Assembly (NCBI GenBank): GCA_026770705.1
Contig: JANJGN010000015.1
Location: forward strand, 32,488,001 to 32,552,000
DNA length: 64,000 nucleotides
Source of the DNA: Isurus oxyrinchus
Taxonomy: Eukaryota
Reading direction: 5' to 3'
The notes under the pieces were generated by a model. The model did not search any database. It worked only from the letters and a program-made list of their open reading frames with translations, and was not told where the DNA came from. Shown piece after piece: positions 25,032 to 37,098 of this stretch (position 1 is its first letter; every line of letters starts with the position of its first letter). A program made the translations under genes and the position numbers.

Positions 25032-25416
25032 ATTTGCAAGCTTTGTTGCACTGACAATGGCAATGAGTATGGGGAACTATCTTCATAGAATTGGGTCAGA
25101 AAAAGTATCTGTTGATAGCATCCTTGCAACATTAGGGCTGGTACAACCAGTGACAATTGGTGATCAACTGTAGACTCAAACCTACCTCTGTCTCTTTCTA
25201 GGATACAAGGGGATGGTATCCAAATTGTAGCATACCTAGAAAGAGACAGAGGTAGGTTTGAGTCTGCAGTTGATCACCAATGTCGCTGGTTGTACCAGCC
25301 CTAATGTTGCAAGGATGCTATCAACAGATACTTTGCATTTGAATTTTTCTGACCCAATTCTATGAAGATAGTTCCCCATACTCATTGCCATTGTCAGCGC
25401 AACAAAGCTTGCAAAT
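25032..25416. repeat. Long inverted repeat: arms 25032-25202 and 25235-25416 with a 32-nt spacer
   Basis: The arms are reverse complements apart from a few substitutions, a 1-nt indel and a 12-nt indel (TTTGCATTTGAA). Confidence 0.95.
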
Positions 25417-26136
25417 ATTGTGGCATCGTGACAGGTGTGGTCACTCAGGCCTTGCCTTCTTTCTTGCAGTGTCACTGAAAGCACGCTATAATGCAATTGG
25501 AATGCCTCTGATAACGTGTTCAGTCAATTGAGCATTCATGTATCTTAGTGGTGCCATCAGTCCTGCAGTTCTAGTTCTGTTTTGGAATTGGAACAACTGC
25601 ATGCGCTATCTACCAAAGTGAGATCCGCTCACCTCTGTCCACAGATGCAAGTATGTAGACATTAGCAGATGGCCACAGAACACTACTCATGCAGCAGGAC
25701 CTGCCTGGAATCACTCTTTTACATCTCTCCTTGGTCCAAACACTTGAACAAAATTGAATTCCCATTAGCAAACCTACTGGCGCCAGTAATCAATTTCATC
25801 AACAGACACAAAGGCTTATTGAGAACCTATAAATGCTTACAGAAAGAAAAAGAAAAAATACTGCCTTAAATATTTGAAGGAATTTTCTTACAAGGGTTTT
25901 TAATGGACCACAGTATATAGCATAATCCCTAGGAATGATGCATGCCTATTATAGATACAGTGGATTTTTGCTTTGCATTAATCCAAGTGATTGCTGGAAA
26001 TTGATACAGGCAGTGTACTTACATCATTTTTACATCATTGCAATATTATCAAATTCTCATTGGAAATGTGAATCTTGCACAGAAGGAGAATTGCGACATT
26101 CAGGATCTCCTTCCAGTTTGTTCCATGTTATTAATC

Positions 26137-28605
26137 CATAAGACCATAAGACATAGGAGCAGAAATTAAGCCATTCGGCCCATAGAGTCTGCTCCGCCAT
26201 TCAATCATGGCTGATAAGTTTCTCAACCCCATTCTCCCGCCTTCTCCCGTAACCTTTGATCCCCTTACCAATCAAGAACCTATCTATCTTGGTCTTAAAT
26301 ACACTCAATGACCTGGCCTCCACAGCCTTTTGTGGCAATGAATTCCATAGATTCACCACTCTCTGGCTAAAGAAGTTTCTCCTCATCTCTGTTCTAAAAG
26401 GTCTTCCCTTTACTCTGAGGCTGTGCCCTTGGGTCCTAGTCTCTCCTACTAATGGAAACATCTTCCCCACGTCCACTCTATCCAGGCCTTTCAGTATTCT
26501 GTAAGTTTCAACCAGATCCCCCCCTCATCCTTCTAAACTCCATCGAGTACAGACCCAGAGTCCTCAAATGTTCCTCATATGTTAAGCCTTTCATTCCTGG
26601 GATTGTTCTCATGAACCTCCTCTGGACCCTCTCCAGGGCCAGAACATCCTTCCTGAGATACGGGGCCCAAAATTGCTCACAATATTCTAAATGTGGTCTG
26701 ACCAGAGCCTTGTAAAGCCTCAGCAGCACATCCCTGCTTTTATATTCTAGTCCTCTCGAAATAAATACCAACATTGCATTTGCCTTCCTAACTACCGACT
26801 CAACCTGCAAGTTAACCTTAAGAGAATCCTGGACTAGGACTCCCAAGTCCCTTTGCACTCCAGATTTCTGAATTCTCTCCCCATTTAGAAAATAATCTAT
26901 GCCTTTATTCTTCCTACTAAAGTGCATGACTTCACACTTCCCCACATTGTATTCCATCTGCCACTTCTTTGCCTGTTCTCCTAACCTGTCCAAATCCTTC
27001 TGCAACCTCCTCACCTCCTCAATACTATCTGTCCCTCCACCTATCTTTGTATCATCTGCAAACTTAGCCAGGATGCCCTCAATTCCTTCATCTAGATCAT
27101 TAATGTATAAAGTGAAAAGTTGTGGTCCCAACACTGACCCCTGCGGAGCTCCACTTGTCACCAGCCGCCATCCTGAGAAGGACCCCCTTATCCCCAATCT
27201 CTGCCTCCTGCCAGACAGCCAATCCTCTATCCATACTAGTACCTTGCCTCTAACACCATGGGCTCTTATCTTACTGAGCAGCCTCCTGTGTGGCACCTTG
27301 TCAAAGGCCTTCTGGTAGTCCAAGTAGATAACATCCATTGGCTCTCCTTTGTCTAACCTACTCATTACTTCCTCAAAGAATTCTAATAGATTTGTCAGGC
27401 ATGACCTCCCCTTGATGAAACCATGCTGACTTTGCTCAATTTTACCATGCACTTCCAAGTATTCTGAAATCTCATCCTTAATAATGGACTCTAAAATCTT
27501 ACCAATGACCAAGGTCAGGCTAATCGGCTTGTAATTTCCTGTCTTTTGCCTCACTCCCTTCTTAAACAGGGGGGTTACATTAGCGATTTTCCAGTCCTCT
27601 GGGACCCTCCCTGATCCGAGTGATTCCTGAAAGATCACTACTAATGCCTCCACTATCTCTTCAGCTATCTCCTTCAGAACTCTGGGGTGTAATCCATCTG
27701 GTCCAGGTGATTTATCCACCTTCAGACTTTTCAGTTTTCCTATCACCTTCTCCTTGGTAATGGCCACCATACTCACCTCTGCCCCCCGACTCTCTTGAAC
27801 TTTGGGGATGTTACTCATGTCTTCCCCCATTCAGTACCTATTCAGTTCCTCCGCCATTTCTTTGTTCCCCACTACTACTTCTCCAGCATCATTTTCCAGC
27901 TGCCCAATGTCCACTTTTGCCTCTCTCTTACCCTTTATATATCTAAAAAAACTCTTGCAATCTTCTTTTATATTACTGGCTAGTTTACCCTAATTTTAAT
28001 CTTCTCCCTCCTTATTTCTTTTTTTAATTGTCCTCTGTTGGTCTTTGTAGGCTTCCCAATTCCCTGGTTTCTCACTGCTCTTTGCTGCATTGTAGGCTTT
28101 CTGTTTAGCTTTTATGCTGCCGCTGACTTCCCTTGTCAGCCATGGTTGCCTCGTTCTCCCTTTAGTATGCTTCTTCTTCCTTGGGATGAATTTTTGCTGT
28201 GTCTCCCAAATTACTCCGAGAAACTCCTGCCATTGCTGTTCCACTGTCTTTCCTGCTAGGTTCGTCTCCCAGTCAATTCTGGCCAGCTCCTCCCTCATGC
28301 CTCTGTAGTTGCCTTTATTCAACTGTAATACCGTTACATCTGATTCCAGCTTTTTCCTCTCAAATTGCAGGGTAAATTCTATCAGATTATGGTCACTTCC
28401 TCCTAAGGGTTCCTTCACCTTAAGCTCCCTTATCAAATTTGCCTCATTACACATCACTAAATCTAGAATTGCCTGTTCCCTAGTGGGCTCCACCACAACC
28501 TGCTCCAAAAAGCCATCTCGCAGACATTCCACAAATTCCTTTTCTTGGGATCCACTACCAACCTGATTTTCACAGTCTACCTGCATAATGAAATCCCCCA
28601 TGTTC
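26137..28605 (-). mobile_element. 5'-truncated, relatively young CR1 LINE
   Basis: APE endonuclease C-terminal motifs (MGDF, LDLV, GSDH), an RT domain, the ORF2 C-terminus and a 3' UTR ending in short tandem repeats. Confidence 0.95.
26508..27830 (-). pseudogene. CR1 ORF2 reverse transcriptase segment, 440 open codons, frameshifted at both ends
   Basis: KSPGPDG, QHGF..RSCLTNL, YLDYQKAFDKVPH, GAPQGSVLGPQLF, FADDTK. Confidence 0.9.
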
Positions 28606-28767
28606 ACTGGTGCATACAACACATTAATTACTTGAAAATCGGCCCACAAAGCCCTGTATTTCATATAACCGGAGAAAGTTATTAAATTATTTTATATTGT
28701 TCTATTTTAATAATTACACAAATAATTAGATAGTCATTCATAAACGTTCAAACTCCCTGTTTGACAC

Positions 28768-29658
28768 AAAGTTTGGCCGGGTGGTTAACAATGAGGCTGA
28801 GGGTCTTGGGCTACAGGAAGACATAGATGAAATGGTCAAATGACAGATAAATGGCAGATAGAATTTAACCCTGAAAAATGTGAAGTGATATATTTTGGAA
28901 GGAGTAATTTGACAAGGAAGAATTCAATGAACGGCATGACACTAGGAAGTTCTGAGGAACAAAGGGACATGGCGTGTGTGTCCATAGATCTCTGAAGTGT
29001 TAGTGGGGTGGTGAAAAAGGCATATGGGACACTTGCCTTTATCAATCAAGGCATAGATTACAAAAGTAGGGAGGTCATGTTGGAGTTGTATAGAACCTTA
29101 GTGAGGCCACAGCTGGAGTACTGTGTACAGTTCTGGTCTCCACATTATAAGAAAGATGTGATTGCACTGGAGGGGGTGCAGAGGAGATTCACCAGGATGC
29201 TGCCTGGAATGAAACATTTAAGTTAAGAGAGGTTGGATAGACTTGGGTTGTTTTTGTTGGAGCGGAGAAGACTGAGGGGCGACCTGATCGAGGTGTACAA
29301 GATTATGAGGGGCATGGACAGAGTGAATAGGAAGCAGCTGTTCCCCTTAGTTGAAGCATCAGTCACGAGGGGACATAAGTTCAAGGTGAGGGGCAGGAGG
29401 TTTAGGGGGGATATGAGGAAAAACCTTTTTACCCAGAGGGTGGTGATGGTCTGGAATGCACTGCCTGGGAGGGTGGTGGAGGCGGGTTGCCTCACATCCT
29501 TTAAAAAGTACCTGGATGAGCACTTGGCACATCATAACATTCAAGGCAATGGGTCAAGTGCTGGTAAATGGGGTTAGGTAGGTAGGTCAGCTGTTTCTCA
29601 CGTGTCGGGGCAGACTTGATGGGCTGAAGGGCCTCTTCTGCACTGTGTGATTGTGACT
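28768..29658 (+). mobile_element. CR1 LINE 3' fragment from a different subfamily
   Basis: LYRTLVRPQLEYCVQFWSPHYKKD and RRLRGDLIEVYKIM, then a 3' UTR (GGGCTGAAGGGCCTCTTCTG). Confidence 0.9.
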
Positions 29659-29840
29659 GGAACAAATTGGTTGGTGTAACCTGTGAGAAAGCTTAAGAAT
29701 ACCTGAAAAACTATTGCTTGTAACTAATCTCTGCCTTTCGTTCTTTTGCATCTTTTCCTGTCCAAGTGAGTATTGATGCAGCATTAAACACACTATTGTT
29801 AATGCATAGTGACTGCTAAATCTCTTAGGATTTCATAGTA

Positions 29841-30286
29841 CAGGTCAAGTATCCTTTACCCAAAACCTGGGGCCAATTGCATTTCGGATTTCAGACAATT
29901 TCAGTTTTTGGATACCACATATAAGACTAGGCCTACTCACATTACAATGGCTGAAGTCTAGGCTATCTATAGTCTAAAGTAAATAAAATGGCTCGAAAAG
30001 TAAGATGTACCACTAAATAATAAATACAGGGTTCCTGTAATAAGTTCCCACCGGTGGCACCATCTGTGATTCCGCTTGTAGGAGAGGGTTCTCAAGGTAA
30101 ACAGTGCAGTCAAACAACTGGACTTCCCGTATTAAAGGTTGGGTGCAGTCGGCGAGGTTCCTGCCAGCTCGGGTCGTGCCGGCTCATGTCACAGATTTCC
30201 CGCGTGAAGGTCGATGAGGTTCAAAACAAGTGTGGTTGTTGGATGGGTTTGGTTTTCAGATTTATGGATAAAGGGTACTCAACCTG
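29841..30286. mobile_element. TcMar/Tigger-like MITE
   Basis: TIR CAGGTCAAGTATCCTTTACC / GGATAAAGGGTACTCAACCTG with TA on both flanks; resembles Tigger4/MER46 termini. Confidence 0.8.
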
Positions 30287-30860
30287 TAATAGAAAATCTT
30301 TTTCATAATAAAAAAGTAGCTATAGAGGGACAGCTGAATTTGTTATTGCATGCTTTGTTGATCATGTGCCTGCATTTGAAAGAAATTGACACAGCTGCAC
30401 GTAACTTGAGATACCACATTGGCCCCAGTTTACAATATTTTTGGAGGTCTGTTAGAGTGTAGATTTTGGAACCTGCCTGAAAATTCCCAGCAAATTGCTG
30501 AATTCATATCAAACATTCCGGAAGTAACTTTTATTGATAAATCATTGAACTACAATGACTTTGTGAATTAGCACAATTGTCACATAAAGATATTTCACCT
30601 GCATTCTAGGATAAGAAATCAAACATAGGACAGCTAACACTTACTTTTTGATTGATGGAAATAAATAACTCTAAACAATAAAAGATTTTTAAAAATTCAG
30701 TGCATCTAAATTCAGTGATGTATCTAAATCTCCCTATCCCTAGCTTCTGAGCACTGAGGGAAAGCTCTCAAATGACTTTTGAACTCTCTCTGCAGCAGAA
30801 CACTAGTTACAACCAACAGCCTAGATTGAGTTGCCTGATTTCTCCTTCTTCTAAGAGAGT

Positions 30861-31973
30861 GGCCTGAATTTTCGTTCCTGGGTCAAGAGCGCAGAGTTGG
30901 GAAAATTCCCAGCTTCATAAACCCGACTCAGGAGGAAGTGCCAGAGAGTTGGATTTTCGTTCCAGCAGGGCAGGTGTTACTGGGAGTTGTGTCAGTTAGG
31001 AGTCAGCACAGGGACTGCCAGGTGTAGAGGCAGGCTGGGCAAAAGGCCAGCCTCAGTGATCCGGCACTTTGTCCCAGTTGCAAAAAAAAACAAACAAAAA
31101 ACAACCCTCTAGCCCTCACCCCCTCACACACTCCCCATGCCTCATCCATGCCATCTCGTGTCACCTAAGTGTCTGCTGATAAATGCACTATTTAAAAACA
31201 ACACTCTGATCGATTGAAAACCCATTTGCTACATTTAACTTCCTTCAGCCACTTAATCCCTTATAATAACAAGCATTTATATTTACAGCCCCACATCAAA
31301 GACTTTATAACCACTTGAAATTGTCAATCAAATGTTGATCTGACAGGCACCCCACTGTGATATTGATAGGTTGTGAAATTAGCTTGTAGCACAAATCCTA
31401 TGATGACAACCCTTACATCAACAGAAAGAGTGAACTAGCAAGCATTGATTTTTTTAACCTGCAGACTTTTTTTTTAGATTTAAAGGTCAGGAGATTTCAA
31501 TCCTTGACAGTACTAATGAGCTTTGACAGCTTCCTTCACAGGTCTCTTGACAGCTTAACAGTTCCAATGAATTTATCCACTTTTTACACACTTTTGTGTC
31601 CACTTTTAACAATCTCAAAGGGCACTTGACCTCTCCCACAGGGCAAATTGTCTCTACCAAAGGTATCCCTGGACCTATCCAAAAGGGTACTCTGCCTCTC
31701 CAAATGGGTACCCACCCTCTACAAAGATAACTTTAGACTTTCTCCCGAAAGGTCTGAAGTACACAGGTCGTGTTTTGGACACCCCACCAGCAAAAATCGG
31801 ATCTGACTGAAGGCAGTTGCTTTTTAGTGTAAGCAGCTGCCTCTATGAATCATTCCTCACCATCCGCTACAGCAACCCCACCCTCCCAGACCCTCTGCCC
31901 TCCCTGTGAAAATGGCACGTGCCAAGTTAAGGGACAGGACCCCTGAAATCATGTCATTGCGAAAATTCAGGCC
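30861..31973. mobile_element. 1.1-kb non-autonomous Harbinger-type element (family B)
   Basis: Perfect TIR GGCCTGAATTTTCG / CGAAAATTCAGGCC, flanks AGT/AGG, degenerate 21-bp internal repeats. Homologous to 45998-47215. Confidence 0.8.
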
Positions 31974-32272
31974 AGGGTCTCTGTTTGGAATCTCCCCATG
32001 ATAGAAACATCTGTAATTCACTTATATGAGGCCCATAGTTCCAAAAGTGACACTAACTCACTGGCAAACCCAAATCACCCACTAGATTTATAATAAACGT
32101 AAAAGAATTTGCCTTGTGTTTGAGTTGGTAGAAGTAGACAATTTAAAAATCAAGACGACAAAGCGAAGGCAAAAGGTTTCCTTTTCCATGCACTTGTCTG
32201 TGATTTTCCTCTTCATCTACTTTAGTGGGTGAAAAGTTGCAGGCTGCTAATCACAGAAACAGAAAGCAGCAG

Positions 32273-32943
32273 GGCCTGAATTTTTCCCGCTTTGGGCAGG
32301 CTCAGTGGGAGCAGGCAGGGGAGGTCGCGGAGCCGATCACCACCCACGATCAGCTACGCACCTCCATTTTATGCAGGCCAGCCAATTAAGGCCTGCCCAG
32401 CGTAATAAGCGAGTGGTAGCACTGAGCATTACCTGTGCGGGCAGTGAGAGGAGGGAGAGTTGGTGCCAGCGCTCTTTCACACATGTGCGTGCAAGAGCAC
32501 AGAGCTGCCTCAGGGAAACTGAAGCGCTTTTGGAAAACAATAAATAAAATCAATAAAAATTTAATGATACGTTTCCCCTCATGTGACTGTGTCACATAAG
32601 ATGGGACATGTTTTTATTTTTCAGGAAAACTTTTTATTTAATTCATAAAAGCTTTAGGAAACCTCGTTTCCTAAAAAAACGTAAAGGCCGCTTGGCCTTT
32701 TCGCCTGCCCGCCAACCGTGAGGTTGGACGGGCAGCATAAACTTGACATTAGGTATTTCGTTAATCGTCCTAATGGGCCTTTTAATTATCGGGCATGCAG
32801 CCGACTCTGGTGCACGCCCGCCAAACAAAACATCGTGAGAGACAGCGTGATAACATCAGGATGCACGCCCGACATCATCGCGCGTCATTTTACATGCCGG
32901 CATGTCGGGCCTGCCCCCGCATGCTGACTGAAAAATTCTGGTC
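32273..32943. mobile_element. MITE family A, reverse orientation
   Basis: GGCCTGAATTTTT / AAAAATTCTGGTC with TSD CAG. Confidence 0.85.
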
Positions 32944-33105
32944 CAGGTTATTGATTAAGAACATGGAGATATTTTGAGATAATAGTTCAGTATACTTAGA
33001 GAAAAGAGATGCAAACTTAATTCCATCAAATCAACTAATATCATAGTTGCATGGTTGAACTTGGTGTTGATAGCAAATAAACTGTTCTTTATTTTTTACA
33101 GAAAG

Positions 33106-33129
33106 AATAGTGCATTCTACAAAAGAGAG
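33106..33129 (+). CDS. RGS11: RGS11 micro-exon NSAFYKRE; acceptor uncertain
   Basis: GAG|gtaaga donor and an upstream pyrimidine tract. KNSAFYKRE resembles human KSADFHKRE. Only the AAG ending at 33105 is in frame; the CAG ending at 33101 gives a 28-nt exon. Confidence 0.65.
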
Positions 33130-33867
33130 GTAAGAGCATAAAGAGCATTTGTTCAAAATGCCTGTATTGAGATTTTCTAATGCAGACAGAAATGGTTTAT
33201 AATTCAGTAATTTATTGTCATTGATTTAGCTAAGCAAGAGCTATTTGACATAAATTCTTCTTCATTCACTGTTGGAATGCAATAATGTAAAATGAAAAAT
33301 GCAATGCTAGTCTCCTGATTGGGCATCCATTAAAATTATATGCATGGCAAGGGTTGGTGGATCAGATTTTGTACCCCTTAGAGTTTAAGTATAATATAAT
33401 CACTTTAGGCATAAGGCCACTTCTTGGTCGGTTTTGTTTCATCATCATACTGACGAGAGTCCAGCAGACATTAGCATCACAGAGCAGGTAATAGGCCCTA
33501 GCATTAGGCTCATCACTAACAAGGAAAGGAAACAAGGTGGATTGGGGGTGTGAGTATGTCACTACCTCAAGTCCAAAATTAGAATTGGGCATCTGCACAT
33601 GGGAAAGGGGCTAATCAGGTCCCCTAAAAATCAGATAAAACCTCAAAAAACTCAAATTATAGTACACAAGAAAATTGGTAAAATCTAAGTAAATGTGGTT
33701 GAAAAAGCAAAATGGCAAGTAGACCTGGATGTCTCACACAATGGTAAGATTAATGACAGGTGTCTAGTTTTATAGTGTGCCAGGCAATTTTGATATAGGC
33801 TTTTCTCATTCTAAAATGTTGACCCCCCTTGATGCAAGGTTCTCTCATAATGTCTCAGTGACAGAAA

Positions 33868-34510
33868 AGGGGAAATTTTACCCCTGCCTGGCAGGCAGGA
33901 AATTAAAACTCCCTGGGAGAGCCACCCACCAATGATTCACTCCATCCCCAAAGTCTTCAAATTTAACCTGCTCTTCTGAGCAGGCAACAAGGACACCTAC
34001 AGGAAGCTGGGAGGGTTCGTCTTTAAATATGCAGATCAGGTTATGATAACGTCATCAAGACCCAAATGCAATTTTAACTAGTGGCTTGAGCGGGGAACCC
34101 ATTGTGACTTTTCAATCAGATGAAACTAACTGGAGGAAGATTCACGAGAGGCCCGAAGAGTTAAGTTTTTTAAAAATAGTTTTCACTTTCCTTCTGGGGC
34201 CAAAAGGGGCAGGATTGCCCCTTCCCAATGGTGAAACCTTTACAGGGCAATCTCCCCTCAACTTACCTTAGGGTTGGAGACCGTTCCTTCGGTCCCGACC
34301 AGTGGCCTCCTGCTGTACAACGTTCTGCTCCTGCCTGCCGGCCGGTGAGCTAGCCTCTCCCTGCCAGCTTTGGGCAGGCAACTGACTGGAGACATGCCAA
34401 TGAGGCTCAGGTCTTAACATCTCCTAGGCCTCGAGTTGCTGAGCTCACTGGGTTTGCCATTTGCTTTGACCCCTGCCCACCCAATTCCTGCTCCCAGTTA
34501 GAATTGGGGT
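33868..34510. mobile_element. Degenerate MITE-like element
   Basis: GC-rich island starting AGGGGAAATTTTA and ending TAGAATTGGGGT. No clean TSD. Confidence 0.4.
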
Positions 34511-34712
34511 TAATTCAAGTGCGATTCTGAAATGGCAATACAGAAAGCAAGGTTAATTGTGGGGAAGAAATATGTGCAAGAGTTTCAATGTAATGCTGGC
34601 ATATATCATGGCTTAGTTCAGAGCGAGTCAAAAGATACACTCAAGTGTGACAGTGATAGGAAGCAAATGTGGCACTTTATTGTGTTCTTTCAGCAAGATT
34701 TATATACGTACT

Positions 34713-35142
34713 GGGCCGAATTCTCCAGTCGGCGAGCGGGGGCAGGGCCTGCTCGTTGACGGGTAAAATGACGCACAGTGACATCAGACGGGTGTCCCAA
34801 CCTTGCCGCGCATCATTTAGATTTTCAGTTTGGCGGGCGCGCAGCCAAGTAAGGCCTTTTAAAAACTAATTTAAACAATTAAATGAGCTGCCTGCCGGCC
34901 GGTGAGCTAGCCTCTCCCTGCCAGCTTAAAGTTGAGGCACCTCTGTGCCTCAGGATGATTTCTGCGCTCTTTCGCACGCATGCATAAAAGAGTGCACTCC
35001 CGACTCAGGGAATCCTCCCTACCCACACAGGGAGCGCTCAGTGCTTCCGAGCGAGCATCACGCTGGGCGGGCCTTAATCGGGATCGCGCTCACTCCCGCC
35101 CACCCCCGCACAACCCCCCTGATGGGGTTCAAAGTTCAGCCC
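34713..35142. mobile_element. MITE family A, internally deleted, with a 40-bp filler
   Basis: GGGCCGAATTCT / AAGTTCAGCCC with TSD ACT. Confidence 0.85.
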
Positions 35143-35992
35143 ACTGAATTTGGACATAATGGGACTGATATTCAAGTTTGTTGATAATATCAAACTAGAC
35201 AGAGCAACAATTGCAAGTAAAACAAAGAAGACTACAGAAAACAATAAAAGAGCATAAATCAGAAAATAATTCTTTTGAAGATGGTGGAATATTGATTTTT
35301 GTGAAAATATGTGATATTTCTTGTGCTAGAGTTATTTTTTAACAGTTTAGTAAAAGGTTCCTTCAAAAGAAATAACAGTGGAATTATGACATGGGATTTG
35401 CATTTTGCTCTGAGGAAATTGAGGCCTTCATGTTGTTTAAGTCTGCTGTTTGAAACTTTCCCTAATAATGTCAGATTTTATTATATCTAAGAAGCCAAAT
35501 ATATAATTACAGTCAAAGGATCTGGTACCTAAAGGGTTAACATGGGACTGTCCTCATGGTGATGTAAGAAGGCACATGACCTAGAGCTAAGGCAGTCTAG
35601 AGATAGGTAGCAACATGTAAGGATTTAATGTGGGGTCCTCTCCATACCTTTACCCTCTGCTGTAATTATGTACATAGTTCAGTACTGTTAATAAAGTAAC
35701 TTCAACAAGACTGTTTCATGGTGCCCAAGCAGCACACATCACAGGTAGCAACAACAGAACAGATCATGGGATTGAGAAAAAATATTGATTTCTTTTGGAA
35801 GTGATCTATTTCCAGCTTCACACATACTGTTTATACAATGATTGGATTTCTACTTTTGACCTGGAATGGAATCAGATTTGCTTTTTATCTTATGTTGTGC
35901 ACGAGATTTCTTTATTACCTGTGATAACAACAAAATCTATCATTCCAACGTCTTCAGTGAAGTGCTTGGGATGTTTTTATGTTAAAGACACT

Positions 35993-36634
35993 GGCCAGAA
36001 TCTTCTGCCCCCATAAGAGGCGAGAAAGGAGGCTGGCACTCCTGAGAATCTGGCGGAACCCACCTCTGCTGGAAGTAAATTCTGGGCTGGGAGGCCCATG
36101 GTCAACCTCCCGACCCTGCTTCCACTTCAGTCCCATAAGTAGCTAATTAACGACTACTTAAGGACCTCTTCCCACTTCCCCTGCAATCTTCCTAGCTCCA
36201 GACGAGCCTGCCGACATGCAGCCTACACGACTGGTAAAACTGTGCATGTCAGCTGGAGTTGGGTGGGGGTCCCTCAATTGTAATAATGTGTGTAGGATCG
36301 AGGGCATGGACGTGGGGTGGGGGGTGTATGGCTGCTGACAGCCACCCCCTGTCCTTTCTGCTGACCAACATGGACTCCTTTTTCTGCATCCCACACCCCG
36401 TGAGACTTCACCCTCCCTCCCAACAGCAGCTTCCTTTTCCCTTGGTGACTTCACGATTCTGGGACTCTGGGGAAGTGTTGTTCCGACAGCATCCATGGCA
36501 TCCTCGATAGCACTACAAAGCGCAAGAGCTGCCTGTCTCTGATAGACCAGCAGCTCTTGGTGGGGAGGGCGAGAAGCCATATTCTGGGGTCCTCAGTCTG
36601 GAGGAAGGCCTGCCTTTGGGCAGAAGATAGGGCA
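35993..36634. mobile_element. Harbinger-type MITE
   Basis: Ends GGCCAGAATCTTCTGCCC / GGGCAGAAGATAGGGC. Confidence 0.6.
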
Positions 36635-37036
36635 GGCTTTGCTCCTTAGTCAGTGTGCTGATTAGTACACGGCATAGTTATTTTGCAGTAGCTTTCCACA
36701 CCGTTCTAACGGTGTATGATAAAGGGAGGAATTTCCACATGGGCTAGAGGACAACATTTGGAATATTATCTGGTGAAAATAGTGTTGCTACTAAACTATA
36801 GTGAAAATTAATCATGATTTCTGTTATTTAAAATTATCTGTTTATTGATACTGTCTTACAATAGGAGCAGCAACTACAGCATGCAACTTGTTGCAAAATA
36901 AAGCTTGAGTATACAGAGCAGTTTGCATCTAAAATTTGTTAAACTTTTTAATTTTGGATCTGCATGAATATTAAAACCTGATTGAATGACTCATTTTTTT
37001 CTCTTTTTCGCTGTAATTGTCTCTTTGGACAACCAG

Positions 37037-37098
37037 ATTGAATATTACAAAAAAGCATTGACTAGATCAAGAGTCAAATCGTCACTGACCTTGGAAGG
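37037..37098 (+). CDS. RGS11: RGS11 exon, 62 nt: IEYYKKALTRSRVKSSLTLE(G), start of the GGL domain
   Basis: cag acceptor and gtatgt donor. Matches human IEYFRKALGRTRVKSSVCLE. Confidence 0.93.

Noticed and set aside
26508-27830. 440-aa RT ORF as a functional or novel RT system
   Set aside because: It is a typical CR1 ORF2 segment in a 5'-truncated, frameshifted copy with no ORF1.
26137-29658. Head-to-head CR1s as a single twin-priming inversion
   Set aside because: Both cover the same ORF2 C-terminus with clearly different sequence and each has its own 3' UTR, so they are independent insertions.
33098-33101. U12-type AC acceptor giving an exact 30-nt exon (RKNSAFYKRE)
   Set aside because: The upstream donor is U2-type GTAAGT and no TCCTTAAC branch site is present.
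35500-35743. Possible solo LTR (AATAAA, ending CATCACA)
   Set aside because: No clear TG start, TSD or second copy.
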